A stretch of DNA of 54,253 bases, taken from a virus (Duplodnaviria; Caudoviricetes). The stretch covers positions 1-54,253 of the IMG/VR virus record IMGVR_UViG_3300037258_001211, one strand, 5' to 3'. The first letter of the stretch is position 1, and each line of letters begins with the position of its first letter. The notes beneath the pieces are model-generated. The model ran no database searches, was not told where the DNA came from, and saw nothing but the letters and a program-made list of their open reading frames with translations. The position numbers and the translations under genes are program-made. Shown piece by piece: positions 1-7,387 of this stretch.

Positions 1-255
1 CGTAGCGGCAGCGGAGATATCATTGCCGGCTGCGGAGATCGCGGTGATTGCGGTGCTCACCGTCGTCGCCGTGGCACCGCTGAGCCCCGCCTTGGTGAGC
101 TGCGGCATCGCTAGAACGATATCTTGCCCGACCGATTGCAGAGCTGCGACGAAGGCCGGAATCGCCGCCGGTCCCGAACATCCATCCAAGAGCATAGCGA
201 CCGGGACGATAGAGGTAGCAGTCAGCAGGCGGCGGCGAGTGATGATCGTGTTCAT
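1..255 (-). CDS. Lipoprotein with twin-arginine-like leader, partial (runs off window); possible spanin/lysis accessory
   Basis: Not in ORF track; my translation MNTIITRRRLLTATSIVPVAMLLDGC-SGPAAIPAF...; AAGGA RBS; lipobox-like LDGC; lies in lysis region. Confidence 0.7.
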   Translation of the reverse strand, partial: MNTIITRRRLLTATSIVPVAMLLDGCSGPAAIPAFVAALQSVGQDIVLAMPQLTKAGLSGATATTVSTAITAISAAGNDISAAAT

Positions 256-282
256 AGTCGTATTCCTTTATGAGTGCCCCGG

Positions 283-537
283 CTAACTGGTCGCCTTGGT
301 GAAATCGAGGTAGTATTCTTCGCCTTCGGCGAATTTGCCGATCAGCGCAGGATTAGCGACGGTCAACGTCAACATGCCGGATGGCGAGAATTTGGCGTAG
401 GAGTTGTTCTCGTCGCTTCCGTCTTCTGGATATTTCGATGCTGCGACGGCATTGAAGTACAGGGTTTCCTGGCCCTGTTCTTCCGCGTACCGCTTGTCGA
501 TGAAGTTGATCCGCATCTTTGCGCGCATGGTAGTCAT
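283..537 (-). CDS. Conserved-looking phage hypothetical protein
   Basis: 84 aa, AGGAG RBS, co-oriented with the late operon. Confidence 0.75.
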   Translation of the reverse strand: MTTMRAKMRINFIDKRYAEEQGQETLYFNAVAASKYPEDGSDENNSYAKFSPSGMLTLTVANPALIGKFAEGEEYYLDFTKATS

Positions 538-548
538 GGATTTTCTCC

Positions 549-821
549 TTAGACGGGTTTGACGGGTGCGCCGGCCTGCGCAGAAGCGACGGCGGCGGCG
601 TGCGTGGTGTCGGCGTGTTGGAACTCGGCGATGACCTGCCAGCCGATGCCGACCAGCGTCGAGACCGCTCCCGCCAGTGCGGCGAGGGTGCTCTGATCGT
701 TCAGCGCCGCCGGCAGCGTGAGGCCGAGGACGCCCGCAACCAGCAAGACAGCGCGGAGCACGGCGAGCACGAGTTGGGCCGGCGCCGGATTGGGCGTCGA
801 TACGGTTACGGTGTCGCTCAT
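549..821 (-). CDS. Putative holin (two TM segments)
   Basis: 90 aa, two hydrophobic helices, downstream of endolysin. Confidence 0.65.
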   Translation of the reverse strand: MSDTVTVSTPNPAPAQLVLAVLRAVLLVAGVLGLTLPAALNDQSTLAALAGAVSTLVGIGWQVIAEFQHADTTHAAAVASAQAGAPVKPV

Positions 822-925
822 GGGATGGCTTTCAGTGATGAAGAGGATGGGTAGACGGGCGGCTCTTCCCCGCCCTGGCGGCTTTCCTGCGGTGCGCCGC
901 TTCGCTCGAAATCAGTTGCGCGGGA

Positions 926-1321
926 CTACCGCTCTGCTGGCGGCGGTGGAAATGTCGGGGCAGGCGGCGGCACGTAACCTGGAGGCGCAATAACTGCCGC
1001 CCGCTCACGTGCAGCGAGGAAGGGATCGGCAAGTTCGCCCGTTTCCTCTTCCCGAAGCTCCCAGTGGATCGCCTCTTTCGGTTCTCCGGGGCCGCGCAGC
1101 CAGTTGATCCGCAGCTTGCGCGCGGGCTCTACCAGAGCCTCGGGAGAACCATTAGCGCCCGCTTCGGCCTCTGCCAGCGCATAGGCCACAACATTGGCCC
1201 GATCGACGTTATCGAACTCGCCGAATTCGATTGACTTCTGATTTCCGAAATCATCGTCCGCCGTGAAGTCGGTGACGATGTAGCGAACCACCGGGCGCAC
1301 CCGGATTTCGTGGTACGGCAT
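926..1321 (-). CDS. Hypothetical protein with Pro-rich C-terminus
   Basis: Start moved to ATG 1321 (MPYHEIRVRPVVRYIVT), GAAAGGA RBS. Confidence 0.65.
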   Translation of the reverse strand: MPYHEIRVRPVVRYIVTDFTADDDFGNQKSIEFGEFDNVDRANVVAYALAEAEAGANGSPEALVEPARKLRINWLRGPGEPKEAIHWELREEETGELADPFLAARERAAVIAPPGYVPPPAPTFPPPPAER

Positions 1322-1605
1322 GATCGTTTCCTTTCGACCTCCGCAGAGGCCATTGGGTTTGGGATGGGCAAAGGGCACGCCGGCAGCGGGACACGCCCGC
1401 TACTGGCGGCCTCGGTCGCGCGGCGCCCATCCCTGAGACCGCGCGGTCGAGCTAAATGATTGAAACGGCGCGCATATCTGCTTTAAGAGCGGATTCACCG
1501 ATATTTTGTCGGTACATCGCGGTACCAACGATGCGTCCGCTCAGTCGCCCCGACGCCGGGCGCGGTCGAGCTTGTGGAATCAGTGGGTTGTGGTAGAATT
1601 GCCGA

Positions 1606-1845
1606 GTGAAGAAGCGGCACAAGAGTCCGAGCCAATTGCGGCGCACTCAGGGGTCACGTCACCGCCGCGAACAGCGCATTCGGTTGGCGGAAGCCCAGAA
1701 TTGGCGATGCGCTTACTGCGGCTGCGTCATGGACATCGCGACATCTACAGTTGAGCACGTTGTTCCGCTTAGCAGAGGCGGCACAAACACGTGGCTTAAC
1801 TGCGTCGCCGCTTGCGCCCCGTGCAATCAGGCGCAGCCGTTTTGA
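1606..1845 (+). CDS. Small HNH endonuclease
   Basis: CAYCG...TVEHVVPLSRGGTN...NCVAACAPCN motif. Confidence 0.8.
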   Translation: MKKRHKSPSQLRRTQGSRHRREQRIRLAEAQNWRCAYCGCVMDIATSTVEHVVPLSRGGTNTWLNCVAACAPCNQAQPF

Positions 1846-1964
1846 AATGGAATGACCCTAGATTTGACCGAGGGTCATAGAGTTCCGCCAGCACCGATGC
1901 AGGCACGGCCCTAACCCCTCGCTAGCAGAGGCACATCAGCGCTGGCGGAGGGGCGGCGGCGCGA

Positions 1965-2132
1965 TTACGCGGGTAATGGATTTCCGGCGATGATCGCGGC
2001 CCTCTTTTCGCAGTCCTCGCGGCTGTACGCGGTGAAGTGCACGAGCCCGTCGACGACGTATGCCCAGCGGCCATCGCCGAGGGGGACAACCTCGGCCTTC
2101 GCGCTGCGGGGCTTCGCGCTCAGAGCGGCCAT
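1965..2132 (-). CDS. Small hypothetical protein
   Basis: ATG immediately after endolysin stop; 55 aa. Confidence 0.5.
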   Translation of the reverse strand: MAALSAKPRSAKAEVVPLGDGRWAYVVDGLVHFTAYSREDCEKRAAIIAGNPLPA

Positions 2133-2133
2133 G

Positions 2134-2922
2134 TCAGCGGCTCGCGTAATAGGCGGCAAACGCCGCTGCGGTGCGAGGCCCCCACAACCCGTCTATCGCG
2201 CCCTTGTAGAGCCCTTCGCCCTTAAGAGCCGCCTGAACGTCTTTCAGGGCCGGGAGAATATCCGCTGATCCGACATAGGGGATCGGCAGGGGCTCGTCGG
2301 GCGCATCGCTTACGATCGCCCACCCGCCGTAGTCAGCCGTCTCGACCTCATCGCTATCGACTGCGATCCCGAGCCCAAGATGCTGTTTGTCGCCGACATC
2401 CTGGATCATCGTCGCCCTGCCGCTTGCGGCGAAGTCTCGGCTTCCGCGCATCCCCATGCCGCCGGCAAGCCAGGCGTAATCGGCAATCCCTTGGTCGAGT
2501 GCGGCTTGGCAGATCGCCCCGTTTGCGTAGACCCCGAGCTTGTACGGAGGGGTTTCGGCATAGGCCAGGTTGAGCGCTGTCTTGAAGGCGGCGAAATAGG
2601 CCAGCACGGCGGGTTGCTGCGCGATGGTCGTGTCCTGATCGTCAGCGACATAGATCGCCGAGCCCAGCGGCTGTTTGAGAGCGATGGCGATCGCCACCGC
2701 CTTCGACCCGTCGAGCGCGCCGGCAACCGATCCGCCGAGCGCGCGGTTTGCCGTCGTCTCGAAGACGGAGACGGTGCTCATTCCCTCGGCTGAGATTGCC
2801 GCGATCTCTCCCGCTGAGGTGCGCCCAAGATAGCGACATACGGCAATGACGCCATCGGCCTTCGCCTTTGGGAGCACGCGGGACACGTCCTGATCGGCAT
2901 CGAATGCCAGCATAATCGTCAT
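2134..2922 (-). CDS. Endolysin: DUF1906/Rv2525c-like glycoside hydrolase plus C-terminal peptidoglycan-binding domain
   Basis: FDAD...AVCRYL...SVFET...AIYVADDQD...GVYANG; C-terminal VQAALKGEGLYKGAIDGLWGPRTAAAF. Confidence 0.85.
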   Translation of the reverse strand: MTIMLAFDADQDVSRVLPKAKADGVIAVCRYLGRTSAGEIAAISAEGMSTVSVFETTANRALGGSVAGALDGSKAVAIAIALKQPLGSAIYVADDQDTTIAQQPAVLAYFAAFKTALNLAYAETPPYKLGVYANGAICQAALDQGIADYAWLAGGMGMRGSRDFAASGRATMIQDVGDKQHLGLGIAVDSDEVETADYGGWAIVSDAPDEPLPIPYVGSADILPALKDVQAALKGEGLYKGAIDGLWGPRTAAAFAAYYASR

Positions 2923-3098
2923 CGGTTCACCTTTGGCGGATAGGGGCTATCGAGGTGGACATAGATCGAGCCGCATTGCGGGCACTTCGTCGCCCAGCTA
3001 TCGCCCATGTACTTGCCCTCGACGTTGTGTGAGGGACGCGGGCGATCTCGGAATTGATGCTGGCAGCCGCAGCAAGTAAATGGCGCGTCAGGTGGCAT
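2919..3098 (-). CDS. Small zinc-ribbon protein
   Basis: CCGC...KCPQCGS; stop overlaps endolysin start (ATGA). Confidence 0.6.
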   Translation of the reverse strand: MPPDAPFTCCGCQHQFRDRPRPSHNVEGKYMGDSWATKCPQCGSIYVHLDSPYPPKVNR

Positions 3099-3104
3099 CG
3101 GGTG

Positions 3105-3133
3105 TTCCATTTCGGGTGGGTTTCGGGTAGAAT
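3105..3133 (+). promoter_or_regulatory. Sigma70-type promoter for the tRNA
   Basis: TTCCAT-N17-TAGAAT, 17 nt upstream of the tRNA 5' end. Confidence 0.6.
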
Positions 3134-3150
3134 CTTTGGGTTGCTGGCGT

Positions 3151-3237
3151 GCCCGCTTGGCGGAACTGGCATACGCGACAGGCTTAAACCCTGCTGCCCC
3201 TCGGGGATTCTCGGTTCAAATCCGAGAGCGGGCCCCA
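3151..3237 (+). tRNA. tRNA-Leu(UAA), type II, encoded CCA, atypical C73
   Basis: Acceptor GCCCGCT/AGCGGGC; D-arm GCG..TGG..CGC; anticodon loop CT-TAA-AC; long variable arm CCCC/GGGG; T-arm CTCGG-TTCAAAT-CCGAG. Confidence 0.9.
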
Positions 3238-3244
3238 GCAATTC

Positions 3245-3487
3245 TCAGCAGAAGCTCCCCGCCGCCGCGTTCTCTCCGTCCACCGCGAGGGCGATCGCAG
3301 GCTGCTCTTCCGGCCTCGGCTGAAACGCCACGCTCCCCGCTCCCTCGCAGGTGGGGCAGGTCTTGATCGGCGCCGGCATGATGTCGGTCGGGTCGAGGTC
3401 GCCATTCGGCAGCCGGCGGCGTTCTCGGGGGACGATGCCTCTGCCAGAACAGGAGGCGCAGGGCTTGCGGTGAGCGGGCGCGGTCAT
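3245..3487 (-). CDS. Small protein with DnaJ-type CxxCxGxG zinc-finger motifs
   Basis: CASCSGRG and CPTCEGAG; ATGA overlap with upstream gene. Confidence 0.65.
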   Translation of the reverse strand: MTAPAHRKPCASCSGRGIVPRERRRLPNGDLDPTDIMPAPIKTCPTCEGAGSVAFQPRPEEQPAIALAVDGENAAAGSFC

Positions 3488-3954
3488 TTGGCTAAAAAAT
3501 GTTCCCAGGCCCAGGCCGCGCCGGTAACTATCGCCACGACCCAGGGCAGCACCCGGTTGAACGCCAGAAGCATGGCCCTGCTGCCCTGCTGCCGTTTCCA
3601 CCCGTCGATTACCTCGCGGAGGTCACTCCGCATTCCCCGGAACTCTTCGATGACGGCATTGACGGACGGCGCGGCGGCCACCATTGCATCGACCTGGCCA
3701 CGGATATGGCTAAGAGCGGCTTTGCAAGCCTCTTCGGCGATGACGATTTTTTGCAGCTCGTTATTAACGCCGTGCATCGAGGCCCGAACGTGCTCCATAT
3801 CGCCTTTCAGCGCATCGCATTTGACCTCGACCGCCGCGAGCCGCTCGCCGTGCCGCGTCAAGGGAGCGAGTAATCCTCCCATTTGATCTGGCGGGTTCGT
3901 CGTTATCACGGCGTCACCATCCATAATTTGCGCCCCCGATAACGAAGCGTTCAC
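3484..3954 (-). CDS. Coiled-coil protein with C-terminal TM helix (lysis/holin-associated candidate)
   Basis: Heptad-like region then LPWVVAIVTGAAWAW; start may be ATG 3924. Confidence 0.7.
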   Translation of the reverse strand: MNASLSGAQIMDGDAVITTNPPDQMGGLLAPLTRHGERLAAVEVKCDALKGDMEHVRASMHGVNNELQKIVIAEEACKAALSHIRGQVDAMVAAAPSVNAVIEEFRGMRSDLREVIDGWKRQQGSRAMLLAFNRVLPWVVAIVTGAAWAWEHFLAK

Positions 3955-4062
3955 AGTTCAACGACAGGCTGGGCACGGCCATTCGTCTGGCACTCCTGAT
4001 GTGCTGGTGGTGGTCAGGGGCGGCGCGAGCTCGCACCTTGCGCCGCCCCGCTCCTATGCGGC

Positions 4063-4962
4063 ATGGTGCGCGGGATGCGGGATTTCCTCGATAATCTGCC
4101 GCCCGAATTCGAGCCGGAGATATACCGATCACTCTATGGCGATCTCGCGCACATGGACGATACGGCGCTTTTCAACCATTACCGTAAACACGGCAGCGTC
4201 GAGGGGCGGCGCGCCAACCGGCTGAAGGACCGCCAAGACTTCGCGGCGACAATTCCCATCGAAACAAAAGCCCTTGAGATTGGCCCCTTCACGCGCCCGA
4301 TGCTTGCCGGAGCGAACGTCGCGTATTTCGACGTGCTTCCCTCAGACGCGCTGGTCGAGCGCGCGCGGCAGCACAATCTTGATCCCCAGAACGTCCCGCC
4401 ACACATCGACTATGTGTCCCCGACCGGCGATCTATCGATCATCGACCGGATATTCGATGTAGTCGTTGGCAGCAACTGTTTGGAGCACCAGCCCGATCCT
4501 ATTAGGCACCTACAGGGCGTCGCTCGGCTTTTGCAACCCGGTGGTGCCTATTACATGGTTGTGCCAGATCACCGATATTGCTTCGACCACTTCATCCCGC
4601 CCAGCAATATCGCCGAAATGCTCGCCGCTTATTCAGGTGGGAGGGAAGTCCACACCTGGAGAAGCGTCATTGAACACGCGGCGATGACAACTCACAACGA
4701 TTTCACCCGACACTGGCAGGGCGACCACGGGGTGCAGTTCTCTAATTTCGGAGCGCGCTACGCTGCGGCCCTGAAGCAGTTCACAGATTCTCAGGGTCGC
4801 TATATCGATGTTCATGCGTGGTATTTCACGCCAGACACCTTGGCGGTAATAATTGATCTTCTGCGGGAAACCGGCCTGATCGATTTTCATCTAGCGCGCC
4901 TTTATCGAGGACGCTACGGCTTCGCCGAATTTTGGGCCGTTCTACGGAAGCCCCCGACTTAA
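4063..4962 (+). CDS. Class I SAM-dependent methyltransferase (moron, likely surface-glycan related)
   Basis: ALEIGPF...YFDV...FDVVVGSNCLEHQPDP...LLQPGG motifs; N-terminal FEPEIYRSLYGDL...HYRKHG repeat; opposite strand to late genes. Confidence 0.8.
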   Translation: MVRGMRDFLDNLPPEFEPEIYRSLYGDLAHMDDTALFNHYRKHGSVEGRRANRLKDRQDFAATIPIETKALEIGPFTRPMLAGANVAYFDVLPSDALVERARQHNLDPQNVPPHIDYVSPTGDLSIIDRIFDVVVGSNCLEHQPDPIRHLQGVARLLQPGGAYYMVVPDHRYCFDHFIPPSNIAEMLAAYSGGREVHTWRSVIEHAAMTTHNDFTRHWQGDHGVQFSNFGARYAAALKQFTDSQGRYIDVHAWYFTPDTLAVIIDLLRETGLIDFHLARLYRGRYGFAEFWAVLRKPPT

Positions 4963-7314
4963 TCAAGGAACATTAGCTATAGTGGCGGCCCATTTGACAG
5001 TTGCCGTACTCGCGGCGCTAGATGAAGGGACCACCTTTATCGACCAAGTATCGCCCGCCGCAAAATTCACCGAACCACTTCCGACGCCAGTTGCATTGGT
5101 TCCCGAAATGGTACACGTCATTGATTGATCCGCATTTCCTTTTGTCATCGTAAGCGTGATCGTCTGTCCGGCGCCGGGAGCGGTCGGGGTGCTACAACCG
5201 AAATTACTCATCCGCGACGGTATGGCAATGTTGGCGTTCGTCAAACCCTGAGAAGCATTGCTGATAGCGCCGACTCCGACGAACAACGTTCCGCCACCCC
5301 CAACCACAGCGGCGGCGGTATTGCCTCCGATCGAGGTCCGGTTTGGATAGATCGTGTTTGAGGCGCTGTCGCTCAGATTAACGGTATTGCCTGACCACAC
5401 ATTCGGCCCGATTGTCCAGCCCGTTGCACTCGACCCCAGCGTGACGCCCGCCGCAAGAGAGAGAAATTCGTTTCCCTGAATAATGCCGGTGCCTGCGTTC
5501 TGATCAATCAGAATGCCGGTGCCGTCACCCGGTGTCGGCGATGTGCTGAAGTTGTTGTTGTTGAAAACGAAGTGGCTCGCGTTCGACGAATTTACGTGGA
5601 TGCCCACATTACCAGATTGAATGACATCGAACTCGTTTCCGCTGACGATCATGCCGCCAATCAAACCGGTCACGAGGATAGAGTCGCCGGTATTGAGGCC
5701 GAATTCGTTATTGCTGATATTGAGGGCCGTGCCACCGGCACTGCCGTTGACAATAACGCTAGTCAACACCTCATCCAGGGCGGAATTAACGATCTTTACA
5801 CCTTGCACATAACTACCGTAGATGATGCCGTAACGTCCTCCAATTACACGGACGCCGTTGAAATCATGATCAACGGACTGAGATGCTGACGACAAACCCG
5901 CGAGGGAAAAGCCGTCACCATTTGAACCTGTGGTGCCCTGGAATATCGTCACTCCGTCATAGGCTATGTCGGATATTCCCTGCTCGGCAAAGGCTGTCGT
6001 CCAGTAATCAGTGGTTCCCGAGCCATCTCCACCACGGAACGTGACGTTCGTAAGGGATGTTTGCGCCGACCCGGCTTCATTGCCGACGCTGGTGTTGAGT
6101 TGGACCAGCGAAAGGCCCGTGCCGCCGCCTGCGTTGTTGGTTTTGAACGTCAGGTCATTGTTTGTGAGGCTCGCGTGTTCGTCGGTATAGCTGAGTTGTA
6201 ACCCGCCGCTCGCCGCTGCCCACGCCAGTATCGAAACATCTTGCCCGGCTCCCGACAGGTGAAACGAGGTGGCGGAGGGGATAGTGTTCGTGACCTGAGA
6301 AGTCAGCTTGAACACACCGGCGGGGACGAAGACCCAATTCCTACCCGACGCCAAGCTCGCGGTGATCGCATTGCTGATCGCGGTAGTGTCGTCAGTCGAA
6401 CCGTCCGGAACCGCGCCATATTGACGGATATCGTCATAATGACCCTGCGGGACCGCTTTCCACGAATTGCCATCGCTCGCGTCGACACAAGAACCGCCAT
6501 CATCGACCATGCCGTTATCGGAGCAGGTACCGCTTTGCACGATAAAGAACAACGGACCCGCGTGGTTACCATCCGCGAAGTCATCCCGCCAGACGCCATT
6601 TGGATACGTCAGCGTCGAGGCGAGCGCGAGTGCTGCGTTGGTCGCGACGTGGGGCGTGATATTGCTGTTGCCGCTCGTCGTCACCCCCGCGATCGCACCG
6701 CCAGTAATGGCTACCGCGCTCGCGTCCTGTGTCGCGATGGAGCCGAGCCCGATATCGGTGCGGAACTGCGATGCTGTCGTAGTCGAGCCAAGCGCGAAGG
6801 TGGTTGACCCCAGCGTGAACGAGGGCAATACACCGCTATCCGTCAGCAATTTGCCACTCGTCGCGCCGAAGAGCGGAAGATGCCCGGTTACCGCGCTATC
6901 TGGCCCGATCACGTCTCCGAAGCCAGGGCCGGGAAACGGATAGGTCGTGCCGTTCACGCGGACATGCAGAGCCTTGTCCAGAAGACCCCCATAGCTGTCG
7001 AGCGTGATGAGACCGTTGCCGCTGCTGTCGTGACCGAGGCACAGCGCGTTGTACTGGCTTCCCGTGTTTACCGTGTTGAAGCACTGGCCGAGCGCCAGGT
7101 TGTCTTGCACCGCAAAGGGATTGAGACCCCGGCCGAGCGGATCGCCCAGAAGACCGCCAACGTCCTGTATCTCCCCATCGCGCGTGATCTTCACCATGTC
7201 GTTAGGCGCGATCATCGTGCCGCGCTGATGGACAGGCGTCGATTGTGCCCAAGCGAGCGACGGGAGAAGCACCAGCACGGCAAGCGCGCGGAGCATCAAG
7301 GTCTTCGTGGTCAT
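4963..7314 (-). CDS. Tailspike/depolymerase-like beta-helix protein 1 with N-terminal signal peptide
   Basis: DIRQYGAVPDGSTDDTTAI...VFVPAGVFKL (Pectate_lyase_3-like); Asn/Gly/Ser-rich beta-helix; AGGAG RBS before ATG 7314. Confidence 0.85.
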   Translation of the reverse strand: MTTKTLMLRALAVLVLLPSLAWAQSTPVHQRGTMIAPNDMVKITRDGEIQDVGGLLGDPLGRGLNPFAVQDNLALGQCFNTVNTGSQYNALCLGHDSSGNGLITLDSYGGLLDKALHVRVNGTTYPFPGPGFGDVIGPDSAVTGHLPLFGATSGKLLTDSGVLPSFTLGSTTFALGSTTTASQFRTDIGLGSIATQDASAVAITGGAIAGVTTSGNSNITPHVATNAALALASTLTYPNGVWRDDFADGNHAGPLFFIVQSGTCSDNGMVDDGGSCVDASDGNSWKAVPQGHYDDIRQYGAVPDGSTDDTTAISNAITASLASGRNWVFVPAGVFKLTSQVTNTIPSATSFHLSGAGQDVSILAWAAASGGLQLSYTDEHASLTNNDLTFKTNNAGGGTGLSLVQLNTSVGNEAGSAQTSLTNVTFRGGDGSGTTDYWTTAFAEQGISDIAYDGVTIFQGTTGSNGDGFSLAGLSSASQSVDHDFNGVRVIGGRYGIIYGSYVQGVKIVNSALDEVLTSVIVNGSAGGTALNISNNEFGLNTGDSILVTGLIGGMIVSGNEFDVIQSGNVGIHVNSSNASHFVFNNNNFSTSPTPGDGTGILIDQNAGTGIIQGNEFLSLAAGVTLGSSATGWTIGPNVWSGNTVNLSDSASNTIYPNRTSIGGNTAAAVVGGGGTLFVGVGAISNASQGLTNANIAIPSRMSNFGCSTPTAPGAGQTITLTMTKGNADQSMTCTISGTNATGVGSGSVNFAAGDTWSIKVVPSSSAASTATVKWAATIANVP

Positions 7315-7387
7315 GGCGCTCCTGATGTGCTGGGCATAGCCAAGGGAGGCGCGAGTTGCGCCTTGAGCTGCGTCGATCAACTTTCGG

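Noticed and set aside
1360-1470. HDV-like (theta) or hammerhead ribozyme: P1 GATGGGC/GCCCATC, GCC..GGC P3-like stem, GCTAA; also CTGAGA..GAAAC
   Set aside because: No P2 partner follows GCTAA, and the hammerhead core CTGANGA is one base short with no matching stems; kept only as an unassigned structure
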